A DNA stretch of 64,000 bases from Oopsacas minuta (Eukaryota > Animalia > Porifera). Of the stretch, positions 25,150 to 37,237 are shown piece by piece. The stretch's first letter is position 1; the number at the start of each line of letters is the position of its first letter. The notes below the pieces were generated by a model. That model made no database searches and had not been told where the DNA came from. It was given only the letters and a program-made list of their open reading frames with translations. The position numbers and the translations under genes are program-made. The stretch spans positions 491,015-555,014 of the forward strand of contig JAKMXF010000188.1 of assembly GCA_024704765.1 (NCBI GenBank), given 5' to 3'.

Positions 25150-26380
25150 TACTGTTTCAAGGAAACACCAACTTCAAAGCCAGTGAAATTAAAGCGAAAC
25201 TTGGCTTAAAGGGAGAAAAATGTAATAGAGCAGAAGAAGTACCAAATCGAATGTTTGTTTAGTAGTGACCTACAACTTCATTTACGAGGACAAATAGAAA
25301 TAACAGAAGAGGTACAAAACGCTATCAAGGATCTGAAATTAATCGGGCATGGAATATCTGTGATTATAATTCTAATCGACTTAACAAATAGCTTCACGAC
25401 TACATATTCGGAAATGATTAGCAATTTACCAAATCAAAACGAAAACCGCGATCGTCATCCAGGTGATAATAAATTTTGGGATTACACCTTCATCGTCTTT
25501 AAAGTTCATACTCCAAATGATGTTGAAAAGCAAATTCGTCAAATTTTGTCTAATCCTGAAATCAAAAGAATCTGCAAACTAGCAGGAAGTAGACATACGT
25601 AGGTAACGAAGAATGATCCAAATATCAAAGATTTAGAAGATGAAAGAAAGGACTTTATCTAGAGAATCATTGATTGTTATTTTCAAGTAAAGAAAGTTAC
25701 TCAAGGCAAAATTACATTTCAAAGGTCGTAGCCGAAGAGATGGAAATGATGATGCAAGGAATGTATACTGAAGCTAGATCACCTTCACAACGAGCATTGA
25801 TCAAAGGAATGGAAGTAACAGGTTGTATGGGGGCTCAATGTATAGTAGCACTAGGAACAGCAGGGGTATTAGGAGGGGTAGGAGCTGTCGCAGGGCCGAT
25901 TGGAGCAGTAGTTGGGGGTGTCACAGGAGGTCTTATTGGATTCAGTGGTATAATGACAGTACAATTTGCTGTATACATTTTGCAAAAGGTCAAACCGAAA
26001 TTGTTGAACCAGTTCAAATTAAAATTTTCAAATTTGGAGAAATTTCGGATGAAGTATTTTTAGAATTTTTGGAACGCAAAGAACATCCTGAAATTGCATA
26101 TGATTATGTTGTTATTGACAATATCGAACAAACCAATAATATCTTACCAGCTAAAGATCACGAATTCCGACTGGGAACAGACCATTTCGAGCAGGATACA
26201 AATGATACCCGTGATACCAGACAGGTACCAGGGAATATCCAATTGATACCAGAAAATGCCCAATTGATACCAGACGATACCCTATTGATATCATACGATA
26301 CCCCATTGATACCAGAGAATGCCCAATTGATATCAAAGAATACTCCATTGATACCAAACGAAAATCCACCAGGACCGTAA
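25150..26380 (+). pseudogene. 5'-truncated, frameshifted gene with a glycine-zipper hydrophobic segment and 21 bp (heptad) repeats; weak AIG1/GIMAP-like resemblance
   Basis: ORFs 25255-25602, 25674-26063 and 25823-26380; GTAGVLGGVGAVAGPIGAVVGGVTGGLIG; IPENAQL/IPDDTLL/ISYDTPL/IPENAQL/ISKNTPL repeats. The family call rests only on GISVIIILID, FWDYTFIVF and CKLAGSRH. Confidence 0.4.
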
Positions 26381-26476
26381 AATTACAGAATTGAGTTGGG
26401 ATAAGTTATCTTCCCATGAATTTATGTGCTCAAATTTGATAATTACACACACAAAAACTAAATATTAGTTGTATAC

Positions 26477-26534
<58 letters not shown>
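26477..26534. repeat. (AAT)n microsatellite
   Basis: Direct reading. Confidence 0.95.
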
Positions 26535-26659
26535 TTTGTGTTTTAGACAAGAAAATGTTATTATTGGTTTCAATAAAACTTAATCCGCTCAAATAAATAA
26601 TTCAAATAATTCTTATCTACGTAAAATAGTAGCAATTAACCTAAGAAACACCTTTCTAA

Positions 26660-27161
26660 TTACAACATTTGTCGAATCATGTAATTGAGTATACCCCCGT
26701 GTTTGAAGTACACAAGCTCTATGTCCGTATCAAACCTCGTTAGAACTCTGAATTCCTGTCCCGTATCCATAGCAACCTTGATTTCATCACCCGGTTTAAG
26801 GTCAGAAGGAATATTAATTGAGAATTGCTCCTTCCCAGTCAGGCCGAGTAGTTCTGCATTTTCCCCCGGCATAAACTCTAAAGGAACTATACCCATTCCG
26901 ACGAGGTTAGACAGGTGTATCCTTTCGTAGCTCTCTGCTAACACCGCGCGAACACCGAGTAACATCGGTCCCTTCGCTGCCCAATCCCTCGAGGAACCAG
27001 AACCATATTCCTTCCCGAGATTATTATCAGCTGATGATTTTCAGATTTGTAACGCTCGGCCGCGTCGAATATATCCATTTCATCACCTGATGGAATGTGG
27101 AGTGTTCTAGGACCCGGCTTTGAGACCAGTTTATTGACTAATCTGATATTTGCAAAAGTAC
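26660..27161 (-). pseudogene. ACO1: Isolated terminal exon of cytosolic aconitase/IRP1 with a frameshift
   Basis: TTAG|GT acceptor, then GTFANIRLVNKL...GPRTLHIPSG, a frameshift near 27018, then [43 protein letters not shown]...[16 protein letters not shown]; conserved RIHRSN reads RIHLSN; no upstream aconitase exons recognised in the window. Confidence 0.9.
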
Positions 27162-27644
27162 CTAAGCAACAACAAATAAACAACAATATAAATATTTATC
27201 CCTGCAGTTGCCCTCCCGAAATTCTTCTTGCCCCCCTGAATTTCTTGCTCTAGCTACGTGCCTGAGTTGTCCACCTGACATTTGGAAACTTCTAATGTGT
27301 ATATTTTAACACCTTTTGACACCTGTATTTTAAACCAATCAGATTGTAGGTTTTCCAATTCTGCATAAATGCGTGTAGTTAGTTTTGGTGGAATGTTTGT
27401 AATTTAATTAGAATGATGTAGATTGTAATTCTATTGGTTAATACATTCTATTAAATATATATACACTGATTTATCATATGATTAATCATATTTTCACACC
27501 TTTTGGTAAACAGTTCAAAATAATCCTAGAGATTAGCTTCCATTCGTTTGTGTCTCATTTAATTATACTAATAGTCCAATTAGGGAATATTCATATCTCA
27601 AATACGTTCCGATCATTCATCTGGTTGCTATGATAAGCTCAGAC

Positions 27645-28608
27645 AAGGTGATAGAATATTAGAGGTAAATCAACTATTATTTCACACCTAAATACATAAT
27701 AACATACTACACACCATATTCATAAACACCCATCACCTGTCTCAAGGTGTTAAAATGTGGCATCGTGCCAATAGAATAATGTGTCTTGATAACACCTGAG
27801 CACGGTACATGAATGATTCAGATCCAGGAAAAGAAATTTCATATGCTTGTGGGTCGTCTCTGGTAGTATCATCAAATACCTTTCGGAGGTTGGCTTGAGA
27901 AGTTTTGGCAATAGTTTTGCATTTGGTCTTTAGATGATAAATATCTGATCTATATTCATCTACATCAGTGTTTCTCAACGTGGGCGATAAAACGTTCAGG
28001 GGCGATGGGGGGGCAATAAAACGACTGAGGGGCGACGAACGATGGTTTCATTCTGCACAGGTTGAAGCTGAAATATCCGACTGATTGTCTTTTCCAACAT
28101 CGTACCTCGTGGAGAAGGGTTTCTCAGCCGTTGTTGGACTTCTCACAAAGAAGAGGGATAGGCTAGAGATAACTAAACGTGGTGATCTTCGGCTCTTCTT
28201 GACCAAATTCAGTCCCGATCTGAAAAATCTTGTAACGGGCACCAGGCCCAACCTTCACACTAAACTTATACAAATGAAAATTTAACTATATTATGTCTTA
28301 GTATTTGGTAATATAATTAATATACAAACGGGATGGGGCGAGGTGAGGGATGGCCCGATCATCGAAGGGGGCGACTGACAGAAAAAGGTTGACAAACGTT
28401 GATCTACATCATGATTGAGTTGCCCTAGACGTGTTATCAATCCAGTTTCACAGTTTAACTTGTTCGTTCCTTTGCATTTACGCCTGAATAATACGCATCT
28501 AAGGTAGATATAATTCCCCTTCAATTCCGATTGTATGTATGTATTTCCATCTGAAGTTGTGAATACATTTCCGATACTGCGTTTGTATTCTTCAATAGTA
28601 TATTCCAT
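27645..28608 (-). mobile_element. MULE/Mutator-like transposase 5' fragment (FLYWCH-like zinc finger)
   Basis: MEYTIEEY...YIYLRCVLFRRKCKG...LNHDVD continues in frame as EYRSDIYHLKTKCK...LRKVFDD...ISF...SFMYRA once the hAT insert is removed. Confidence 0.7.
27966..28401 (+). mobile_element. Non-autonomous Buster/Charlie-type hAT element, 436 bp
   Basis: TIR CAGTGTTTCTCAAC vs CAACGTTTGTCAAC; perfect TSD ATCTACAT; carries transposase C-terminus FPTSYLVEKGFSAV...RGDLRLFLTKFSPD. Confidence 0.92.
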
Positions 28609-28829
28609 TCTGAGATTATTGTAACGTGAAATTATGTGAAATGGCCGATATATATTGTTTAGTTATCCTTAAATACCAGAAGTGTGAATCAATAATTAAC
28701 ATAATATTGCTTATTGTCACTATACGAAAAGGGGAAGTCGAATAATTATTGAAACTTAAGGTGTATTTTAACGCGTATTGTGCATAGAGTGTATACGGTG
28801 CACCCCCCTATTACATAATCCTGACGAGA

Positions 28830-31800
28830 ACCCTGGCCCAAATATTACCAAAAAACTTAAGTCATGTCTATAGTTAACTTAACTTTGATTATCTATTAAA
28901 CTATTGCAATTTTCCTAGCAAACTTCTCATTTTTAGGTATATTGATTATCCATTGATGGAAGTATCTATATATACTATTGTTGTTGTTGTTGTTGTTGTT
29001 GTCCTATCTAATTCTACAAGAAATTTTGTGATATCAACAATGGCATCAGCGCTTCATATTCTTGATCTTGAAATTGCTAGTAGCTTGCGCCGTCAAAGAG
29101 TTTTCAGAGATCGACTAAATCCCCTAGATGAATATTCTGATGCAGAATTTATTGCTCGTTACAGAATTGCTCGCTATATTTTCATGGAACTTCTAAATGA
29201 AATACAGAGTAAATTATTCCGATCAACAACATGTTCCCATTCCATACCTCCAACAACACAATTGGCAGTAGCACTACAGTTCCTAGCAACTGGTACATTT
29301 CAGACAGTAGTTGCTTCTGCTCATGGCATTTCACGAACATCTGTATCAAGGTGTGTCGCTGCAGTTTGTGATGGCTTAGCATCTATTGCAAGTAGATATA
29401 TTAAATTTCCTAGCGAAATTCGACAAAGAGTTATCCAAGAATCATTTCATCAACATGGAGGATTTCCTCTTGTGTTCGGTGGATCGATGGCTCACACGTA
29501 GCCATCACTGCACCTGCATTCAATGAAGAAGTGTATGTCAATCGAAAGTTGTTTCATTCTATTAATATACAAGCAATTTGTGATCATGAATTTCGTTTCA
29601 TAGATTCTGTTGTTATGTGGCCCGGGAGTACACATGATGCATTCATATGGCGACAATCCGCTGTAAACGAAAAAATATCAAATGGCACTATACCAACAGT
29701 TCATGGATGGTTATTGGGTGATAGTGCGTATGGATTAAACCGAATCTCATGACTCCAATACCATCTCCAATCACTCCTGGACAAAGAAGATATAATCGAT
29801 CCTTTGTAAAGGTTCGAAAAACGATCGAATGTTCTTTTGGCATTTGGAAAAGTCGTTGGCGCTCAATGGACAAAAACAGGAGGTTTCCTTTCTTACAGTC
29901 CGGAAAAGTGCTGCAAAATTATTATGGCAACTATTGTGCTGCATAACATTTGTATCAACCATAGCCTCGATACTGACATCGATACACTGGATGAACAAAT
30001 TCATGAGACTCACACTCCCCATCCGTCAGGAAATGGAGTATTGATGAGACAAGAAATAGTATCAACTTTTTTTATTAAACTCGGGGTTAAGTTTTTATAT
30101 TAGTTATTATAGCAAGTGTAGTTTCATTTGAATATAATTATAGAATAACAGTTACAGACATAGGGAACGCCGTTGCCTTACTTTCTAACTTAGCAATACA
30201 CAGATATACGTAAGTTATGCAAAAAAAACTAAATTTATCAAAAATTGTGGATTCTGGTACATTACCAGTGGGGAAATTCGTTGGAAATCTGTTTGGAGCA
30301 ACGAATGGAAACGATTGTTGTGCCAGGAGATTAATTATTGCTGTTTGATTTTGGACCATTTCAAGCAGTAACTGGAGTATGTTCCCAATAGATACCAAAT
30401 TCTCTTTGATCTTTCTCAAAAGTTCTAACTTATCATCCTCTTTTGCAATAAGAATACGTTTTGTATCATCAATGTCAATGGACGTTACCAACTATGGATG
30501 TTGTCTTTTCCTACTAACTGCTGGTACTTCACCATCAAATAGGACTGAAGGACTAATTAGCATTTGGTCTGCTGATAGTTGGGAACTTTGTGGCGCAGCA
30601 GAGACGTCTATTCCACAACTAATTCCCTCGAAGATTTCTGTACCACTTATGCTATAGATCTTTTCCTCCAATGGGGTTAAACTCTGCATCAGCTGGTCCA
30701 CCCCCAGTTTTTCTGATAGATTTATTTTATTTGCAATTAGAGGTTTGTGCTAACACAAAAGGTCAGACCACTTCTTTATAACATCATCTCTAGATCTATG
30801 CACACCGTGTTGACTTGTTAAACCACTCGCAATTTGATCCCAAAGTGAAGCTTTTTCTTCAAATGTTAGAGATGCACTAAAGCAGTGGTTCCCAACGGGG
30901 GCGCTGTGGAGGAAGGGGTGCTGAGAAGATAATGAGCCGTTGGATGAAGATTTATTCTAACATCTGTAAATTTTGCGAAATACTATTGTATCATTAATAT
31001 GTTGTGCACTTTACCCATAATGACAATTCTAACACGTTACCCACAAGAAGAGCTAAGTATTCAACATTTACAATCAATCAATGCCTTCAATGGTATCTTT
31101 TCTTTGTTTTGAATTAATAGTTCAGTCGGCTTCTTAACAAAGAAGTTATAAAAAATGATCATACCATGTTATTTCATTAATTACTTCAATAGCAGACACG
31201 TTTTTTTTGCATATCCGATCATGGCTTAAAACCCCAAGAAAAAGTGCCGGAAATACTTCATAGATTATCTGAAATTTGTTTACATCGCCTCACCTACGCA
31301 GTTAGAACCGGATGAATTCAAACTAGCAAAGAGCCACCAAGTCAGGGATCACATGTTCCAACGTATAACTAGATTAGTCCCTAGATACTCTATCAGTCTA
31401 TCATTTATTATTCCATATATTCACTAATTAAAATCTGATTCAATAAAGCATTAAGTAGGGGGCGTTAAATTGGTAAAGATTGGGAAACACTGCACTAAAG
31501 CTACCAACTAGCCTAGATTTATTTTATTGTACTAAATCAACTAATGTATTGATTTCTTCCTACGAGTAATTTTTCGATCTTGTTTTTGTTCTATCTTGTT
31601 GAAAGTCCATTTTCGAATTTATGCTATAAACACTAGAAGTCTTTTCGAAGATTTATGTAGTTTAGAACTACTTAACTTTCTTATCTGCTGGATCAATCAA
31701 TAGTATCTTTCACCACCTTATAATTGTTCTTTAGATTTTACACAGTTTTTATCAAAATAATATTTGTAATTCACCAACATTCTTCAATATGGCTTTCGGT

Positions 31801-32315
31801 GTTATATTATGACTACATGTTACCATATTGTTAAATGGATTAGGAAACTATGATGTACCGTATTTACTCGAAATGTAGCTCGTACGTGAATACTTGCCTA
31901 CCCCGAAATATTTCCCAACCATCCCTTTCGGTCCTTGCTCGAACGGTATTTGATAAAGAAATTTCAGGTATATGGTCATGGTGCTATGACATCTTTGATT
32001 AATGTAATTGCCCAAAATAGAGATCAAATTCGAAATTTGTCGTCGAGAGGGCGAGAAATCGTAGACTAAAAATTGAGGCAAACTACTGTTCGAGTAAATA
32101 GATATTTAGTATTACACACAGGTTATTACACTTAAGTGTAAGCAAATCCAAAGTAGAACTTAAGTTTTGCTTATAACTTAAGCAAATTCTAAGTATGTTA
32201 TTAAGTTTTGAACATTTAGGAATCTTAACGAAAACTGGAATTTTATTTAGGAATTGCTTAAGTTTACTTAATTTTAAGTTAAGCAAAACTTAAGTTGTTT
32301 GGTGAATGAGGCCCC
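28830..32315 (+). mobile_element. PIF/Harbinger transposon, degraded (nuclease ORF ~29040-30103 on +; Myb/SANT-like ORF ~31610-30138 on -)
   Basis: HARBI1-like QLAVALQFLATG, GISRTSVSR, YVNRKLFHSINIQAICD, WPGSTHDA, LLGDSAY, IECSFGIWKSRW, VLHNICI with frameshifts; antisense MDFQQDRTKTRSKNYS*EE...LWDQIA...RSRDDVIKKWSD; weak terminal similarity; ends approximate, TSD not matched. Confidence 0.85.
30883..31492. mobile_element. Non-autonomous hAT element, 610 bp, inserted in the Harbinger Myb-like ORF
   Basis: TIR CAGTGGTTCCCAA vs CAGTGTTTCCCAA; perfect TSD CACTAAAG. Confidence 0.92.
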
Positions 32316-32458
32316 AGGTCTCAAAAGGCGTGAACGGCAGAGCGAAATTAGAGGAAGAAAGGTATTCAATTGATTGATCCCATGGTATCAAATAGTCCCC
32401 TGAATAACACAGTAAATGTATAAACACACTAATCACTATAATTGGGAAATAAACAACA

Positions 32459-32494
<36 letters not shown>

Positions 32495-32509
32495 CAATGG
32501 GACAGGAGA

Positions 32510-33697
32510 TTAGAATAGCTGTAGACAGTTGTCCTCCTTCATGTCACCAACTGTAACATAGCCAGATGGTTCTATAAATATGCAGGAAGGACGGAATATT
32601 TGACACAATCCATGCCCTGTCTCACAAACTGTTTCTATGAATTCACCAAACTGGTCAAACACTTTGATGAAATTATCCCAGAAATCGCATATGTATATTC
32701 TCAATTCATTTGTGATAGGATTATAGAACAAGTTGAAGTTGTATGCTCCTACAATCTGATCCTCTGTGAGTATAGACCTTATGAGTACTCCTTCTAGAGA
32801 GAATATTTGTAGACGAGAGGGAGATCCTGTGAAGAGACATATAACACAGTCATTAGCAGCCTTCATGTCCTGTAGCCATGGATACCTATTAGGCATCTTG
32901 GTATGCAGGATAGGATTAAGTGGGTATTCTTATTCTATACAGAGAAGATCTACCTGCATACGGATGAGACTGGGCTTAAGAGTCCCCACATACAAATGCG
33001 TACTGTTAGAGGAGGTACAACAAGCCTGTGGTATTGAGATGGTGTGTTCAGGATCCATGTGAGATATCTCTAAACTATCTTCCCATGTTAAGCTGAATTG
33101 TACTAATGAACTTGTATAGCACACGAACAAGGACTGCTTGAAGTATGTCAATGAGACAGGGGTAGTAGCTGAATGAGGATCATGATACGAACAATAAGCT
33201 ACAAGATCATCAGCTCTGTAGAGTGAGACAGTATCACCGTATCTATCCGTTACTATTACGTTATCCTTAATCGCAATTATACCAGCTGGTGTATCTAATT
33301 GGAGACTTATAACTCCACCTCTATCAACACCAGATGCTACAGGGATGTTCCTCTCTTCTTTGGGTGGAGCTTTCCACATGAGATAGTTATCAGTGTCGAT
33401 AGCAAATGAAGGAATGTCTATTCTGTTGTCGTAATAGTGACGGATCTGTCTTTGTATTAAATCATATATATCCTTCAAATCCTTATCCTCCTTATTCTTC
33501 CTGACGAGATATTCTAGAGACCTAGTGTCTCTGTATAGGAAAGATAGTTCATTGAATGTGAAAGTCACATCCTCCTCAACCTCTGCATAACAATCCTCAT
33601 ATTTATTAGAAAATGAGGGTAGAACTTTATTGACACCATAAATGGCGCATAAAATTGTCTGAATAAACAAACAAATGAATTGAATAAGTAAATACAC
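32510..33697 (-). pseudogene. Inverted, deleted and nonsense-bearing copy of the 16065-18116 gene (homology ~32325-33740)
   Basis: Near-identical C-terminal protein; ~1.19 kb deletion joining the equivalents of ~15841 and ~17029; CAA>TAA at 32932-32930; flanks shared, including the (TTA)n tract. Confidence 0.9.
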
Positions 33698-33740
33698 AAA
33701 TTATTAAAGTACGTGTATGTTGATGTAATTAATGTTCTAA

Positions 33741-35765
33741 CATAGCATTCTATACACTAAGGTAATGGCACTCTATTCAAATTCTGGACCATGGATGGCA
33801 ATTACCCTGGACTTTCAAAATTTCAAATAATTGTTTTAATGCCTTTCAACGCTATTCTAAAGTGCTCTAATGTAATATTTGTTATATTTTCATGATTTAC
33901 AAGCTCTCAACCCAAATATAATTCCCATATTATAAACCTTTAATAGTAGAAACACAGACGCAGAAGAATATTTAAGATCGAACACCTTTAGAAGATTCGA
34001 AAGTTGGAGTCTGCGTTCGCTCTCTACTATCTGATTAAAGGAAATCTGATACTTGGATCCTGACATCTGTCTATATAGACCAAAGTGGTGTTCAAGAGGA
34101 TCATTCTGGATTCTGGCAGTTAGAAGGTATTGGTAGCCGCAGTTGTCTGTAAGTTGTGTGACTAGAAGTGATGACGCCTCACAAGTGTGTCTAAAGCTGG
34201 TAAAGATTTGTGCAGTGAACTTTCCAGATGTAAACGGCAGATTAACCCAGCAGTTCAACTAAGAGACAACGTTGTTCACAAATGTTAAACGTAAGTCTGA
34301 GGGATAAATTGGAGCTGAATAATCATCATTAAATCGTATATTTCTCTGACTCAGTTTACATTAAATATTTTCCACACTTTATTGATTAGCTCAAGAAATT
34401 CTACTGTTTGATTGACGTGTAAGGTGTTATTTTCCATTTTCCAAGCTAATAGGCCAGCTGATGTTGTTTCCTGGTAAATTTTCAATGCGAAACTAACATT
34501 TTGTCGTTCTAACCTAGATGGCCAACAAGATTTCGCTGTTAATTTTGGTGCTCACTTCAAGACATTGCGTTTATCAGATTTTAAACAAATTACGGATATC
34601 TTCAAATAGTGAATAGCAAATTTCGGGATAATTTGATTTAGAGGGAAATTGAATAGTCGAAATGCTGGCTCGAGAAATTGAGACATAAATTTATTTGTGT
34701 CACTTATATTTCGTTTTGGATTTGCACTTAACTGGCAATCACCGAATTTCGGAAAAATGAATTTATTATCCAAATTTTAAAGATTTAACCAATTATTCCT
34801 GATGGATTTAATGATGTGAACAATACCAAAATAACAGAATCAAATTTCTTTCTGGATTGCATGGGTGTTGTACTTTTGGTTGCAGTGTCGAATCAGCGGA
34901 AAACATTTGAATAATCGAACATTGAGTGGATAGTTGTCTGTACACACAGATTCAATATCACAGATAGTCGATTTAACAATGGATATAAAGTTTCTGCAGA
35001 AGAAGAGCCTAAAGGTATTAACCGGAGAATAGAGAAGAACCGGTTGATAAACTAGAAACCATCATAGAAATAAAGTAGTGTGTGGATCATCCACAGGGAA
35101 ATACTAGATAGTTCACAAGGTAATACCTGATTGTAAAGTAGAAATGTTGAAAGTGGGGCTGGTAGGACCTGCCCCTATACTGTTAACAGCTGTAACTCTA
35201 ATATAATATGTGTTATAAGCGTGTAGTTGTGTGAAGATATGTCCTTCTTCTTCTAACAATGGATAGACAGGTGTAGTCACTGGTATAGATATTTCTTTCA
35301 ATTCTGAATTAAATGGAGTTCCTTGTATTGTAATGACATATCTCGTAATGATACCATTCTGATAGAAAGAGGGAGGAGGATAGTATATTACAATTATAGC
35401 AGTAGCATTGTTGGAGTAGCTGTAATGTTCTGAGGAGGATGAGAAGGTGCTACAAGAGTAAATTTATGAATCTAGTGGTTGATACCCCAATTCAGAGTTT
35501 CTATAATTGTCTAGCAAAAGGGTGTCCAACCTACGGCCAATCATCCAGACTATAAATCATTATTAAGAACTTTGAATTAATACAATTAAGAGTAGAAATA
35601 GTAAACTTAGTTTCAGTTTCTTTGAAATCTGCAAGACTTCTTTGGTATGCTTCCGGTATCCTCCTTCCTCCTTGTCATCCAGAGATAGTATTTGACAGCT
35701 AACAGTAGGGTCAGTCATATAGCTAGGACAGTTGGGGAAGATGCAAGGAACTGCGCACTTCTTAA
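33741..35765 (-). mobile_element. Second, heavily degraded P-element/THAP remnant
   Basis: CATAG start at 33741; RIQNDPLEHHFGLYRQMSG (33890-34258); CTDNYPLNVRLF and IVHIIKSIRNNWLN (~34780-35000); THAP tail KKCAVPCIFPNCPSYM (~35765-35710). Confidence 0.75.
35120..35460 (-). pseudogene. Orphan fibronectin type III exon with frameshifts
   Basis: APSHPPQNITA...YQNGIIT.YVITI...FTQLHAYNTYYIRVTAVNSIGAGPTS followed by a CAG|GTATT donor; two single-base frameshifts in the 5' half. Confidence 0.7.
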
Positions 35766-35771
35766 CATATA

Positions 35772-36443
35772 ATTACGAGATATTAAAAAGTACTCAGCGG
35801 GGAGTTCAGCCCGTACCCAGCGGGGTAGATTAGGTACGCTGGAAATTATTGTTATTTACAATGTGAATTTGACTTTTGTCTCTTTACCAATAATTAATAA
35901 CGTAATGGGTGTGTTTTGTATTATTGTTAAAATCTTCTATAATTGCTATGCCTACAATTATCTTTTCATTAGCGTCACTGGCCAGTTACTCTCAGTAGCA
36001 AAACCACAACTATATCACAAAGAATATTCACTTGAATAACAAAATTGCAAGAATTTCAATGTACAATCACAAAAAGAACAAAGCCTTCTCTATTTCACGG
36101 ACGTTTTGATACCCGAATTTACGGAACGGCCAAGTTCTGCTTGAAGAATGTCTACACCGGCGGTTGTCACCAAAATTTTGGCCTCCCTGACTTTGGTCCA
36201 GGCCAGATTTACCAACTTTCACGCCTTGTTTAGACGCCAGGTCGGCCTCAATCCCGAGAGGACAAATTTTCCAATGACGACCCCATATATCTGGCATAAG
36301 ATGGTAATATTAATGATAATCAACACAACGGACCTTTTGACCTTAGTTCAGCTCGTAATCAGCATGTACTCAATCTACGCGCTGAAATTTGTGTCATTTA
36401 AGGAGTGAATTTGAGCAACATTAATTCCTTATGAAGTAATTGT
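35772..36443 (+). repeat. Third copy of the ~650 bp repeat that forms the 13.3-14.7 kb palindrome
   Basis: Colinear with 13280-13952 with scattered substitutions. Confidence 0.92.
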
Positions 36444-36729
36444 ATACTTTAGGGAAAGTATAATCATGTGTTATACCCTAATATTTTAGCTTTAATTACT
36501 GTACTGTTTGTACGATATGAACACCATTCCTTCTACTATAAAATATTACCGACACTAAAATATCCCTAGTCCAAAATTCGAGATTATGGGTTAAGATAGA
36601 AGGAATTTTGCTTTGAAAGAGCTGCCTAATCGCTTATACATTCCTCACTACAATATGAATCATTCCTTTATGAATTTATATAATATAACCCATCACTAAA
36701 TTTCAACACAAATTTAGAGTCCGTCATGT

Positions 36730-37237
36730 CAGTCTAGCGATCTTCAGCTAAATTAGATGTGCACTGATTCACTATCAGGTGAATACTTAATATTGAACGA
36801 GACTTTGGCTCGTCGCTTCGCGATGAACTCAGCACAATACGCCTCGAGATATTCAACGGACAAACAAACAAACAAACAAACAACAATTGAGATTTAATAA
36901 TATTGATGTTGTTTACAATATTCAGTCTCAGCATACTCAATTACTCCAGGATAGTCGTTGAAAGTATGATTCTACTTCAATTTGGAAATTCTTTGACTTT
37001 ATATTCATAAAAACAACAATAAATTTACATATGATTAATCCAAAAGTGTGAAAATCGGATTCAGCATGTTTGATATATTTAGCGAAGTTTTATTGAATTC
37101 TATTTTCTTCCTTGATAAACACGATAAATACATAGTTATGCGACTATTTCCAAATTGCATACCATAAATCCTCTCCTTGACAACGGACAAACAAACAAAC
37201 AAACAAACAAACAACAATTGTGGTTTAATAATATAGA
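36730..37237 (-). mobile_element. Two tandem Helitron-like non-autonomous 5' ends with (TTTG)n
   Basis: Minus strand A|TCTATATTATTAAA...TTGTTTGTTTGTCCGT at 37237 and A|TCAATATTATTAAA... at 36906; 3' CTRR ends not identified. Confidence 0.5.

Larger units (their letters stand above)
18333..27264 (+). mobile_element. hAT (Tip100/ZMYM1-like) derivative, 8932 bp including nested elements and captured host DNA
   Basis: TIR CCGGCACGTAGCTA vs CAGGCACGTAGCTA (13/14); subterminal CAGGGGGGCA at both ends; 8 bp flanks AGTTGTGC/AGTTGTCC (7/8); internal hAT dimerisation-domain remnant LYQILVTIPQTSCKVERMLSSVK|RIKTRLRSQMTTVRLNHIAQLSIEK split by the P element. Confidence 0.72.

Noticed and set aside
28830-32315. 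Exact Harbinger boundaries with a 3 bp TSD
   Set aside because: Termini are only loosely similar and the flanks (CTG vs CAG) are not a direct repeat; ends are given as approximate
14071-36443. A single giant ~22 kb element (Polinton-like) bounded by the inverted repeat copies at 14.1-14.7 kb and 35.8-36.4 kb
   Set aside because: No TSD at the outer ends, the copies end at different points, and no polB, ATPase or capsid ORFs are present; the interior is explained by separate insertions
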